Of a stretch of 64,000 nucleotides of DNA, positions 1 to 11,096 are shown piece by piece (within the stretch, counting starts at the first letter, position 1; each line of letters begins with the position of its first letter). Source of the DNA: Verrucomicrobiota bacterium (GTDB lineage Bacteria > Verrucomicrobiota > Verrucomicrobiia > Opitutales > Coraliomargaritaceae); the NCBI GenBank assembly GCA_039815375.1, contig JBCBZJ010000006.1, forward strand, positions 1-64,000. Direction: 5' to 3'. A program made the position numbers and the translations under genes. The notes below the pieces were generated by a model, which was given only the letters and a program-made list of their open reading frames with translations, ran no database searches and was not told the DNA's origin.

Positions 1-21
1 AAAATAGTATCCATAATACCT

Positions 22-63
22 CAGTTCGTAACTTCTAGGGTGTTACTCATAATACTGTTGGAT
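22..63 (+). promoter_or_regulatory. Putative attI-like recombination site and cassette promoter (copy 1)
   Basis: GTTGGAT at 57-63 complements the first R'' (ATCCAAC 942) and is not preceded by an attC hairpin. 22-57 matches 58278-58313 at 31/36 positions, ungapped. Contains TTCGTA-N17-CATAAT. Confidence 0.65.
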
Positions 64-70
64 AACAAAA

Positions 71-937
71 ATGAACGAACAGGACACTACAATGAATCCA
101 CGCCGTTGGATTGGCGTCCTACTAAGCCTGTTCGTCCCAGGGTTTGGTTTAGTTCGCGCAGGAAGAATCAAACGAGCAGCAATCTGGTTCATTACGCTAA
201 TCTTAGTATCACTTCTTACTGGCATACTGTTGGCACAAGAAAAGATCCCTTTCTTCATCGCAGTGGCCTCGTTCATTTCTGCGATAGGCGTTCAAATTGC
301 CATGCTGTGCGATAGTTTTCGAGCAGGTCGAATGACAGGGAAACTATGGGCGATATACGTCGGCATATTTACACTGCTCTTATTGGCTCCGCCACCTATA
401 TCAGTTCTAGTCAAAGCCTTCAGTATACCAACGAACTCAATGGCGCCAACACTAATGGGCACGAATTCAAGCACTGGATCGGATCACGTAATTGTCGACC
501 GCATCAGTTATCTCTTTGGTAGCCCACAGAGGGGTGATCTTGTCGTTTTCAAAACTTCAGGGATTTCAGGGATACAGCAATTCCGAGGTGAAGAACAAAG
601 TGAAGTCTTCTACGTAATGCGACTCATTGGCCTACCTGAAGAAAGTATTTCTATTTCCGACGGGGCTATATTCGCAGACGGAGTTAAGTTAGAAAGTAAG
701 AATGGAATCCTTCCCTTCACTAAGTATCTGACGGCAGCGGAGATTCCAGTTTCAGGATTTGACGAAAAATCGGACTTCAGGGTGAAGGAGAACGAATATT
801 TTGTCTTGGGAGATAATAGCCCTAACAGCCTAGACAGCCGTTTTTGGGGCGGTGTCCCTGAAGATGCTATTATCGGCAAAGTAACCACTATTTATTACCC
901 GTTTAGTCGAGCTGGAAGGATCACTCAATCTGAATAA
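71..937 (+). CDS. lepB: Signal peptidase I family protein with N-terminal TM helices (cassette 1)
   Basis: Motifs FSIPTNSMAPTL, PQRGDLVVF and YFVLGDNSPNSLDSRFWG; the catalytic Lys position reads M (YVMRLIGLP). Confidence 0.85.
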   Translation: MNEQDTTMNPRRWIGVLLSLFVPGFGLVRAGRIKRAAIWFITLILVSLLTGILLAQEKIPFFIAVASFISAIGVQIAMLCDSFRAGRMTGKLWAIYVGIFTLLLLAPPPISVLVKAFSIPTNSMAPTLMGTNSSTGSDHVIVDRISYLFGSPQRGDLVVFKTSGISGIQQFRGEEQSEVFYVMRLIGLPEESISISDGAIFADGVKLESKNGILPFTKYLTAAEIPVSGFDEKSDFRVKENEYFVLGDNSPNSLDSRFWGGVPEDAIIGKVTTIYYPFSRAGRITQSE

Positions 938-945
938 AATAATCC

Positions 946-980
<35 letters not shown>

Positions 981-1022
981 ACGCGCTACTCTCCGCGCAT
1001 CCCCTCTACGTTCTAGAAGAGA

Positions 1023-1475
1023 ATGTTTTACCAAGTCACATCAGAACTCCAGAGCGAGAAGATCGCAAAGATAACGGAATACGACAAGAACTGCACATCT
1101 GTTATCGAAAGCTGGGACATCAACCTAGACCTAAAAAGAACACTTCAGTGGTATTGGTTCGCTAAACCAGTAAACATCCTCTGGTGCATCAAAGAAGTCG
1201 TAGAAACAGAAAAAGAAATGAACAACATTTCTAATGGATTGCTGGCAATCGGCTGCGGCCCAAATGGTGACGACCTTCTCGTGGATACAAAATCAATGGA
1301 AGTATATTTCTGGCAGCATGAATCTGCGGCAGACTACGAAAAGAGAATCAAATCAGACTGCATAAAGGTTTATGACCATCTGTTAGCACTACTCGTAAAT
1401 CTGAGAAACAGAAATTATATCCCCTGGGATTCACACGCAGCAGAAGAATATTACCCACTCTTCAATGGAAAGTAA
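1023..1475 (+). CDS. SMI1/KNR4 (SUKH) family protein, possible toxin immunity (cassette 2)
   Basis: LLAIGCGPNGDDLLVD...EVYFWQHE resembles the SUKH core. Confidence 0.6.
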   Translation: MFYQVTSELQSEKIAKITEYDKNCTSVIESWDINLDLKRTLQWYWFAKPVNILWCIKEVVETEKEMNNISNGLLAIGCGPNGDDLLVDTKSMEVYFWQHESAADYEKRIKSDCIKVYDHLLALLVNLRNRNYIPWDSHAAEEYYPLFNGK

Positions 1476-1526
1476 GACTAGAACCAGTCGATCGTCTCAA
1501 TTCCTTTCGCGCTCCGCGCTTCAGTC

Positions 1527-1838
1527 TTGAGACATCTTCACGATCTACAGAAAATAAAATTTGTCCTGATCCCAAAGAGCATTCCGTGGCTGAGTATTTT
1601 TCTAGCGGCACTTGTCTCATTTATGCTTGTTGGAATCGGCATCCCCGTTGGAGGTGGGCAAGAAATGGTCTGGTTCGCACGATCAAGCCTAACCCTCTTT
1701 GCGGGGATCACTTTTTTGTCCATCTACGAGAAAATAAAAGGGAATGAAGGAAAGGCAGCGGTGTGTGCGATTATGAATGCGACTTTACTCGTTTGGTGGA
1801 CTCCTCTAGCAATGCTTACATGGAAGGCAGCACAGTGA
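1527..1838 (+). CDS. Small membrane protein (cassette 3); start uncertain
   Basis: Three hydrophobic segments; the track start lies inside the upstream attC and the first in-cassette in-frame ATG is 1623. Confidence 0.5.
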   Translation: MRHLHDLQKIKFVLIPKSIPWLSIFLAALVSFMLVGIGIPVGGGQEMVWFARSSLTLFAGITFLSIYEKIKGNEGKAAVCAIMNATLLVWWTPLAMLTWKAAQ

Positions 1839-1881
1839 ATCCTAGACCAATTGACAGAACGAAGCGTAGATCCAGACGCAC

Positions 1882-1925
<44 letters not shown>

Positions 1926-1946
1926 TCACGATCTACAGAAAATAAG

Positions 1947-2138
1947 ATGACAGGCCCACTAACACTAATCGGATTAAGTCTACTCTGTTTTATAACACTT
2001 TGGGGCCTAAAATTCGTTCCTGGTGTTTACAGCGAGATGTCGCCACTTGGTTTTCTGATTGTAGGCATTGGAGCGCTGGGAGTTCTGTTCGGCCTAGTTG
2101 GCATCATTTGGGGGATCGTAAAAACTGAGTCTGAATAG
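1947..2138 (+). CDS. Small 2-TM membrane protein (cassette 4)
   Basis: ATG 17 nt after the cassette start; two hydrophobic helices. Confidence 0.6.
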   Translation: MTGPLTLIGLSLLCFITLWGLKFVPGVYSEMSPLGFLIVGIGALGVLFGLVGIIWGIVKTESE

Positions 2139-2210
2139 AAAAAAGAATCAAATTAGACGAATGAAACCTAATTCACCTACAGACCAAATGGAGCGTAGAT
2201 CCAGACGCAC

Positions 2211-2255
<45 letters not shown>

Positions 2256-2275
2256 AACGATCTAGGAAATTAAAA

Positions 2276-2548
2276 ATGAGAGAGACCATCAGTCATCCAA
2301 AATACCCGGAACAACTATATCATTTGGATGAATCGGCAGCTCGAAAACTGAAGGAAGAGAAAGAAGCAAAATCACCATTCGTTCAGGGCATCACCGAATT
2401 ATTCACAGCCCCTCGAGTTAGATGCTCTAAGTGTGGCAAGGATATGAAAAAGAAATGGATGAATGAGTTTGGAGGGTCGACAGAACAGCTGTTTTTGGTT
2501 TGCGATGACTGCCATCTTTTTGTGGATTGCATGAGATGGAGAGATTAA
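2276..2548 (+). CDS. Zinc-ribbon-like protein (cassette 5)
   Basis: CSKC...CDDC motif pair. Confidence 0.6.
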   Translation: MRETISHPKYPEQLYHLDESAARKLKEEKEAKSPFVQGITELFTAPRVRCSKCGKDMKKKWMNEFGGSTEQLFLVCDDCHLFVDCMRWRD

Positions 2549-2579
2549 AAATCCACGAGTCTAATGCCATGGAAGGTAG

Positions 2580-2611
<32 letters not shown>

Positions 2612-2652
2612 TCGCGCTTCACTCGCGATAGTGCTCAACGTTGGGTAAGAAA

Positions 2653-3159
<507 letters not shown>

Positions 3160-3219
3160 GGGCAAAGGATAAGAATGAATCTTCAAAGCCAACCACACAC
3201 CAAATAAAGCACATGCTAA

Positions 3220-3654
3220 ATGAGTGAGAATCTTCAATATGATCTTATTACCCACGGCATCACTATCCTCATTAGCGTTTGCGGGACGTTGATTTACATC
3301 TTCTATCAATCCAGAAGAGAATTTAAAAAGACCATAGGAATGCTTAAAGCAGAATTGGCAGACTGCGCCGACGCTAGATTGATTGAATTTTTCTTGAACC
3401 ACAAAAACAGCGTCCGAGATGTCTGCTCTAGACACAGCATCGACGTTCCTTTCTGGAAGAGAAAGAAGTTCATCACGACATACACAGAGTTTTTGAACCT
3501 CCAACCCGAGGACATCATCATTGACCGCGTGCGCGACAAATTGAAAGAGCAAGGAAGCATAACAGATACTGCACCGCACACACCACTTGCTAAGTTTCCG
3601 GGAAGAGAACGAATGAACGACCTCTTGACCAATCTTAATCGACTGGCAGGCTAG
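3220..3654 (+). CDS. Hypothetical protein with N-terminal TM helix (cassette 7)
   Basis: ORF fills the cassette and ends just before R'' at 3657. Confidence 0.65.
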   Translation: MSENLQYDLITHGITILISVCGTLIYIFYQSRREFKKTIGMLKAELADCADARLIEFFLNHKNSVRDVCSRHSIDVPFWKRKKFITTYTEFLNLQPEDIIIDRVRDKLKEQGSITDTAPHTPLAKFPGRERMNDLLTNLNRLAG

Positions 3655-3761
3655 GGATCCAACCAGTCGAGCGAGACAACCGATTAACGCCGCAAGAAGT
3701 CCGAGAATCATTTGCACGATTTTAGTCATTGGTTCGGTGTCTCCTCTATACGTCGGAAAAA

Positions 3762-4163
3762 ATGAAAATGTATAGCGTCAGATCGGTCCTTGAATGGAAG
3801 GGCCGGAAGGACATCCAAAAGAAGCATCTTTACGAGGAGCGGATCACGGTCTGGAACGCCAATTCACTTGATGAAGCGATAGCTTTGGCAGAGAAAGAAA
3901 TCGATGCGTATGTGAACGAGGAGTCTTCAAAGAAAGAGAAGATGTCCCCTCTCGGGTTTTACCAAGCGTTTGCGGGTTTCAAAGAAGTTCGACTGGACCT
4001 CCAGGGAGAGGAAGTGTTTTCTTTACTCCGGCAAAGCAATTTAGAGCCAGATGATTACCTTGATAGCTTTTTCGATACGGGGGACGAACACCAGCAAGGA
4101 AAGGAGCCTGATCAAGGCGCTGGTATCAATTCCGTTACGTCGCTCCGCGACGCTACTACATGA
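3762..4163 (+). CDS. DUF4288-like protein (cassette 8)
   Basis: YEERITVWNANSLDEAIALAE and EVFSLLRQS patterns. Confidence 0.6.
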   Translation: MKMYSVRSVLEWKGRKDIQKKHLYEERITVWNANSLDEAIALAEKEIDAYVNEESSKKEKMSPLGFYQAFAGFKEVRLDLQGEEVFSLLRQSNLEPDDYLDSFFDTGDEHQQGKEPDQGAGINSVTSLRDATT

Positions 4164-4187
4164 TACAGCTTCACGTTCTGGGAAAGA

Positions 4188-4562
4188 ATGCTCTCCTTTC
4201 ACCTAAAGCATCTCTTACTAGCAATAGCGATTCTTGCGGCTGTTGTTCTTCTTTTCGGATTAAGGAAAGAGAAGGTCTATGCCGCAGTTGCTCATGTGGA
4301 ACTTATCCGTGATGAACCAAAAGAAAAAATAAAATCACCACAGAAAATCGAAGCCGATGAGACTATCACCCGAGAGGCAATTGCGGAACTCATCGAAGCA
4401 AAAGAAGGAAACAGAGAATCTTTGATGATGAATGTGATCTATACTCACCCGGATAAAGAAATCCGAAATAAGGTGAAAGAACTGTTCGAAAAAGAATTTC
4501 CAGATGTCTCTCTCGAATTGCGAGAGCCCACACAAAATGAAAGTCAGAACCAAGCAAGATAG
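4188..4562 (+). CDS. Hypothetical secreted or membrane-anchored protein (cassette 9)
   Basis: N-terminal hydrophobic helix; fills the cassette. Confidence 0.65.
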   Translation: MLSFHLKHLLLAIAILAAVVLLFGLRKEKVYAAVAHVELIRDEPKEKIKSPQKIEADETITREAIAELIEAKEGNRESLMMNVIYTHPDKEIRNKVKELFEKEFPDVSLELREPTQNESQNQAR

Positions 4563-4616
4563 CCAACACCGAGGCTGACGCCTCGGCGTCGGCTACTCTA
4601 TGCGTTGTGCAAAAAT

Positions 4617-5030
4617 ATGATCTATGCCATTATCGCAGTTATAGCAGGAGCCATTGGCTTCTTTGCTGGTAAATTCCACTCAGTAGATGTTGATGAGCTA
4701 GAAGAAATGACGGAAAACCTCGAAGGAGCTACGGAAGGTCTTGAGGATTTTACGAAACAAATGGATGCATTTAACTCTGACAATGAAAGACACCTAAAAG
4801 AGAAGTATGAACTATGCATTCCACTTCTGGATGCGTTGGAAGAAAACGACATTGAATTCGCGAAAACGCATCTAATTGAAGAGTTCGGCCGTTTCTATTA
4901 TAACTACACTTATGAGGATGAAAGATATATGAATACTGATACGGTAGAGGATTACCTCAAACAGTTTGAAAATAAAGCAAAGCACTCACAAAGCTACCAG
5001 CTCATTGTCAGCTATCAATCGGAAGACTAA
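4617..5030 (+). CDS. Hypothetical membrane-anchored acidic protein (cassette 10)
   Basis: N-terminal TM segment; stop adjacent to R'' at 5032. Confidence 0.7.
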   Translation: MIYAIIAVIAGAIGFFAGKFHSVDVDELEEMTENLEGATEGLEDFTKQMDAFNSDNERHLKEKYELCIPLLDALEENDIEFAKTHLIEEFGRFYYNYTYEDERYMNTDTVEDYLKQFENKAKHSQSYQLIVSYQSED

Positions 5031-5035
5031 AGCAC

Positions 5036-5067
<32 letters not shown>

Positions 5068-5090
5068 CGCCAGAGCTCGACGTTCTAAAA

Positions 5091-5402
5091 ATGAAGAAGC
5101 TAATAATGGAATGGAGCATCACTATTCTGTCCGCAGCTATTCCGTTTTGCTTTGGATCGATCGTTTCCAAGTTTTTCGAAGGAAAGGTTCAAAACAGTGG
5201 AGAGTTTCCAGCCGCGACAAGCTTAACATTCGACATCTGGAATATATCAATCATTGCAGCACCCCTTGGAGCCTTAATCCTATGCGGAGTTAGTTTTTTC
5301 ATAGTAAAAAGAGAATATCGGACGATCATTGCACTGATCTACTTGTTGCCATGGAAGCTAGCACTTGGTTTCTCATATTTCGGATCTACCTTAATCAAAT
5401 AA
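5091..5402 (+). CDS. Hypothetical membrane protein (cassette 11)
   Basis: Three hydrophobic segments; fills the cassette. Confidence 0.65.
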   Translation: MKKLIMEWSITILSAAIPFCFGSIVSKFFEGKVQNSGEFPAATSLTFDIWNISIIAAPLGALILCGVSFFIVKREYRTIIALIYLLPWKLALGFSYFGSTLIK

Positions 5403-5472
5403 ATAGAAATTAGAATAAGCCGTGCTGGGCAACGCCTTTGGCGTCGCCCACATCTCGACGTTAGCAATAAAA

Positions 5473-5998
5473 ATGAAATCCATCGCTACGATTACCCTTT
5501 GCCTACTTCTATCAGTTTCAGCTTTTGCCAAAATGGCTTCAAAAGTTGAGATTCAGGACATTCAGGAAGTAAAAATAGAAGAGAATAGAATCACCATCGT
5601 TGGGGATCGTTTTTTTAACTCCAGAATGGTTACAACCGAAGAAAAAAAAGATTCAAACTTCGTCATCATGGGGCAGCCTAGTGCAGAATATACAGCGCAG
5701 GGCTATTCAGTAGAGTTTACCATCACACCCTATACTTTAGAGTTGAATGATCCGAACGGAGAACTCTCTCAGGATTCGGGGATTCGGGGATTCGGGGATT
5801 CGGGGATTCGGGGATTCGGGGATTCGGGACATGAAAAAGCAATTTAAGGAATATTGGGTTCAGACTATGGAAACTGCAAAAGCGTTGAGGGTAGGTGATC
5901 AGGTTGAGATATCGATACAAGGAAGTGATATCAGATTTACCGGAGGGCAGCTTAAGTCTGTGACAGGCCAAGGCATGATCATAAACCCAAAGAGCTAA
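5473..5998 (+). pseudogene. Secreted hypothetical protein frameshifted by an octamer repeat (cassette 12)
   Basis: The signal-peptide ORF from 5473 stops at 5847; the natural continuation (MKKQFKEYW...INPKS) is in the next frame and ends at the attC. Confidence 0.75.
5773..5828 (+). repeat. Simple sequence repeat (GATTCGGG)x7
   Basis: Perfect units at 5773, 5781, 5789, 5797, 5805, 5813 and 5821. Confidence 0.97.
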
Positions 5999-6060
5999 CC
6001 AGGCGTGGGTGGCAACGCCTTTGGCGCGCCGTCGCCAGAGCTCCACGTTCTACAGAAGAA

Positions 6061-6249
6061 ATGAGCAAATCTACCAACTACACATTCGTTCTGACTTCGG
6101 TAGTTTTGCTAGCAATTGTTACTGGGTTGGTAGTTCTTTGCATGCCTCTGATTTGGTCACTCTATCTCACTCTTCCACTTTTATTTTTCGTAGCCATTGG
6201 CATGCTAATCATCTGGCGCACCATGAGATACTTTCGACCAAAAGAATAA
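6061..6249 (+). CDS. Small 2-TM membrane protein (cassette 13)
   Basis: ATG 14 nt after the cassette start; two hydrophobic helices. Confidence 0.6.
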   Translation: MSKSTNYTFVLTSVVLLAIVTGLVVLCMPLIWSLYLTLPLLFFVAIGMLIIWRTMRYFRPKE

Positions 6250-6363
6250 GAAAAGGAATGAAGAGAACCAACTCTGACAGAAAAAGAATCTTAGGATACG
6301 AAATTGAATCGACTTCGATGAAACAGAATTCCTCAGACATTCAGAACACCCAGAATCGACTGG

Positions 6364-6410
<47 letters not shown>

Positions 6411-6441
6411 TCTTGAGACATCTCTACGTTCTGCTAAGAAA

Positions 6442-7071
6442 ATGAAAGCCCTACGATCAGTCACGTTCCTTGTCCTTTTCGCAATTCTCGGAGCTAAGGA
6501 GAGTCGAGGCGAGACATGGCCAACATTGGAGATGTATGTCGATTGGTGTGTATTGATCGTTCTGTGTGAGACGGAAGAGTTTGATGAGGGCGTGCGCTAT
6601 AAAGTCAAGGAGCAGTGGAAGGGTGTCTACTCTCCAGATCTCTTTCACCACAAGCCCGAAGAAGGCTATCTTTACGCAAACACTTGGCACGGGAACGAAA
6701 AGCCAAAAGCTGGAGAACAAACAGTCTTTTTCTTTACCGCTGGCAATCACCCTGTCTGGACGAAGGGGAGGTTGTTAGACCACTCTACCTCTTTTCGAGT
6801 TATAGATGGCAAGGTGATTTACGCTTCAACTGGCAATTGGGGTGTTCGCAAGGAATACAGCATTAATGATTTTCGTAAGGAAGTGGCTAGGCATTTGAGA
6901 GCACAGTATGCGGAAAGTGTCAGACTGAAGGTTACAGGGGGCGAGACGAGTATTGCAGCAAAACCAAAACGAGCAGAACAAGACGGCGCTGGCCAACCCG
7001 CTACCGCTTCGGAGTCGAAGCCGGAGGGTGAATCGAAAACCAAACCAGAATCGGAGGGTCGCTCCCAGTAG
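6442..7071 (+). CDS. Secreted hypothetical protein with attC-encoded C-terminal tail (cassette 14)
   Basis: Signal peptide; the last 32 codons lie inside the long attC 6973-7097. Confidence 0.75.
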   Translation: MKALRSVTFLVLFAILGAKESRGETWPTLEMYVDWCVLIVLCETEEFDEGVRYKVKEQWKGVYSPDLFHHKPEEGYLYANTWHGNEKPKAGEQTVFFFTAGNHPVWTKGRLLDHSTSFRVIDGKVIYASTGNWGVRKEYSINDFRKEVARHLRAQYAESVRLKVTGGETSIAAKPKRAEQDGAGQPATASESKPEGESKTKPESEGRSQ

Positions 7072-7100
7072 CGGGTGGCAGGCCTCGGACGTTATGTAGA

Positions 7101-7511
7101 ATGAAAACCTTTTTCACAATCTGCACACTGATAGCAACGAGCTGCTTCCTCCAGGCTTTATCCGTTGTTGATAGAAGCCTAGAAGAAGTCATCCAAGACG
7201 CCGAACTAATCGTTGTCGGTTATATCGAGTCATACGAAGGAAGAGAGAAAAGCAAAATTGGAGGTCCCAAGTATGATTGGCGCGCGGAGCTAGTGATCAC
7301 CAAGACGCTGAAACAACCGATCAAAGCGAATAAGAAAATCTCGATTCGTTGGCTCGAACTACACACAGAAAAGGAATACGAGGCGAAGACTCTACAAATC
7401 TGGATTCTAGAGAAAACAAGAGGCAATGATTATTACTTCGTAGCGATACCTCACGGAACATATCCTCTTTCGCATGAAGCCGAAATACTTGAACACATAA
7501 CCAGTCGGTAG
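7101..7511 (+). CDS. Secreted hypothetical protein (cassette 15)
   Basis: Signal peptide; SLEEVIQDAELIVVG pattern. Confidence 0.7.
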   Translation: MKTFFTICTLIATSCFLQALSVVDRSLEEVIQDAELIVVGYIESYEGREKSKIGGPKYDWRAELVITKTLKQPIKANKKISIRWLELHTEKEYEAKTLQIWILEKTRGNDYYFVAIPHGTYPLSHEAEILEHITSR

Positions 7512-7564
7512 TGGCAAAGCCGGCTAGCGCCGCCGTCGCCACACCTCGGCGTTGTGCAAAAGAA

Positions 7565-8059
7565 ATGAAAGCGACCTTTATATTACTTTTCGTTATTTTC
7601 CCCTTGTTTCTTCTTGGATACGACATTGATCGAATTGTAATCACTGCCTCGGAAGGGAAAGAATTGAATGTCATTGAAGACCCAAAAGAGATCGTAAGAT
7701 ATGTTAAGCTATTGAACGCACCCGACCGTCCGTATGGAAAGCTCACAGACCCAATTTCACTCCCAGGTCCGCTTGTTGTTCTAGTATTCTACAAAGAGAA
7801 TCATGTGATAGGAGCCTCAGGGATTTTGATTTACGAAAGCTGGGTGACCAAACACCAAGCTATATGGAGCAAAGTAAAAGAAAGAGTGAATATCTCAGAT
7901 GAATTCATCTTGGGGACAAACAAAGGATTGACCGAAGCAGTCATAACCAGAATCGAAGCGAATTTCCCTGATTATCTAGATGAGATTGACCCAAACTATA
8001 GCCTCTCGAAGCATAACTTGAGAGAAAAAGCAAAACTGGCACAACCAATCGGGAGATGA
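7565..8059 (+). CDS. Secreted hypothetical protein (cassette 16)
   Basis: ATG 14 nt after the cassette start; signal-like N-terminus. Confidence 0.7.
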   Translation: MKATFILLFVIFPLFLLGYDIDRIVITASEGKELNVIEDPKEIVRYVKLLNAPDRPYGKLTDPISLPGPLVVLVFYKENHVIGASGILIYESWVTKHQAIWSKVKERVNISDEFILGTNKGLTEAVITRIEANFPDYLDEIDPNYSLSKHNLREKAKLAQPIGR

Positions 8060-8123
8060 CAACTCCGTTACGCGCTCCGCGCTTCACTTCGTGATACACT
8101 TTGACGTTGTGCAAAAGAATTTC

Positions 8124-8942
<819 letters not shown>

Positions 8943-9176
8943 ATCGGCCTGGGAGATTCGAACGACCAATAAGCGAGTAAGGTTTTAAGGAAAAAAGAAG
9001 AATTGAACAAAGACCAGTTTGAGCCATCTTGAAGCTATCGGAATGAGTCTCGGAAAAATGAAAGAATCAGCAACGGACGAGGTCGATCATCTCGGACCGA
9101 ATAGATGGGATATCCAGACGGTCGTATCAACTCCGTTCGCTGCGCTCACTACGTGATACACCTCTACGATCCAGAA

Positions 9177-9740
<564 letters not shown>

Positions 9741-9779
9741 ATCAGTCTTGAGACATCTCCACGTTTTGGCTAAAGAAAT

Positions 9780-10445
9780 ATGAAAACAAAAATCCTCATT
9801 CTTTTTGTGCTGGCTTCTCCCTGCTTGAGAGCAGGCCAAGTCTTCACTATCTATGACTCGAATGAAACAATCTCTCAGAAATTAGTCTCTGAATACATTG
9901 ATTGGGCAGGTCCATACATCCGAGAGTATCCACCACGGTTTCAATCCCAAGAGCATCAGAAGAAAATCATTGCTTCGTCTCTAATGGTCCTAGGCGAGAT
10001 AAAGAAAATGGATCCAGCGCAGATCAAAGACGTATCACTCCTCACCGATTTGGCCTATATTTTGTCGATGGGACATAATTTGGATATGGGAACCGCAGAG
10101 TTGTCGAAGAACTTCTTCGAAGGCGCCCTAAAGAGAGAGCCGAATAATCGACGAGCGAATTATCTCATGGGGATGTTTCTGGTGAGCACCAGAAAGTATC
10201 AGTTTGACAGTGTTCCATACCTTGAGAAAGCACTCGAACTCGGAGAGAAGGATGCAGAATTCACGCTAGGTCTTATCGCAGTGAACCAAGGAAGAAGGGA
10301 TGAAGGCCTTAGGATGCTCAAGAACTATTCGGATGACTATCCCAACAATGAACATGTTAAACAGATCATTGAAGCGATAGAAAAAGAAGAGCTTGAATTC
10401 AAGACATCTGATTCCAAAATAATAGAGGTTGAAATCAAAGAATGA
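9780..10445 (+). CDS. Secreted TPR-repeat protein (cassette 20)
   Basis: Signal peptide; TPR-like helices (ALKREPNNRRANYLMG, YLEKALELG). Confidence 0.7.
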   Translation: MKTKILILFVLASPCLRAGQVFTIYDSNETISQKLVSEYIDWAGPYIREYPPRFQSQEHQKKIIASSLMVLGEIKKMDPAQIKDVSLLTDLAYILSMGHNLDMGTAELSKNFFEGALKREPNNRRANYLMGMFLVSTRKYQFDSVPYLEKALELGEKDAEFTLGLIAVNQGRRDEGLRMLKNYSDDYPNNEHVKQIIEAIEKEELEFKTSDSKIIEVEIKE

Positions 10446-10478
10446 GGAGCCAACAAGGCGATGGTATCAACTCCGTTA

Positions 10479-10511
<33 letters not shown>

Positions 10512-10543
10512 TGGTGGACGAACGCTTCGTGTTCGCTGAAAGA

Positions 10544-11020
10544 ATGAAACTATTCACACAGAGATACGAAAGCAGTTGGCTCTATTATTTCGTATTCAAG
10601 ACTCTTGGCGGTCTTGCACTAGGAGGCGCCTTGCTCGTCTTAGCTCTAATTAGCATCTACGGAACAGAGCCCTTCTTCGAAGGAGAAGAATCCACCATCG
10701 AACTTGTGGCAGTAGCAATCATGATGACAGCTGTAATCTATATGACTTGTCACTTCAGCGTCGTAAAAGCCGACAGTAAAGGTCTCCACATCCACAAGAA
10801 CGGAAAAAAGAAAAAGAAAGAATGGAATGAGGTGAAAGCGATACATCAGATGCCATTCTGCACACCACCTGTATACCGAATTAGCTTCTACGGAAAAGAG
10901 AAGTCATCCTATGTGAGTGTTTTCTCATGGGCTTCACTCACAGTTGGTTTTTGGTCCTGGGATTTCACAGACTTCAAAGAGAATATCGAATACATGATTG
11001 AAACCTCGGAACAAGAATAG
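10544..11020 (+). CDS. Hypothetical membrane protein (cassette 21)
   Basis: Two TM helices followed by a soluble domain. Confidence 0.65.
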   Translation: MKLFTQRYESSWLYYFVFKTLGGLALGGALLVLALISIYGTEPFFEGEESTIELVAVAIMMTAVIYMTCHFSVVKADSKGLHIHKNGKKKKKEWNEVKAIHQMPFCTPPVYRISFYGKEKSSYVSVFSWASLTVGFWSWDFTDFKENIEYMIETSEQE

Positions 11021-11096
11021 AGTAAACGAGGGGTGGTATCAACTCCGTTCGCTCCGCTCACTTCGTCGATACACCTTAACGTTCGGCAAAAAGAAA

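Noticed and set aside
42..66. dif/Xer site resemblance (CATAA...TT)
   Set aside because: No XerD arm (TTATGTTAAAT); the right half belongs to the cassette and differs between the two copies.
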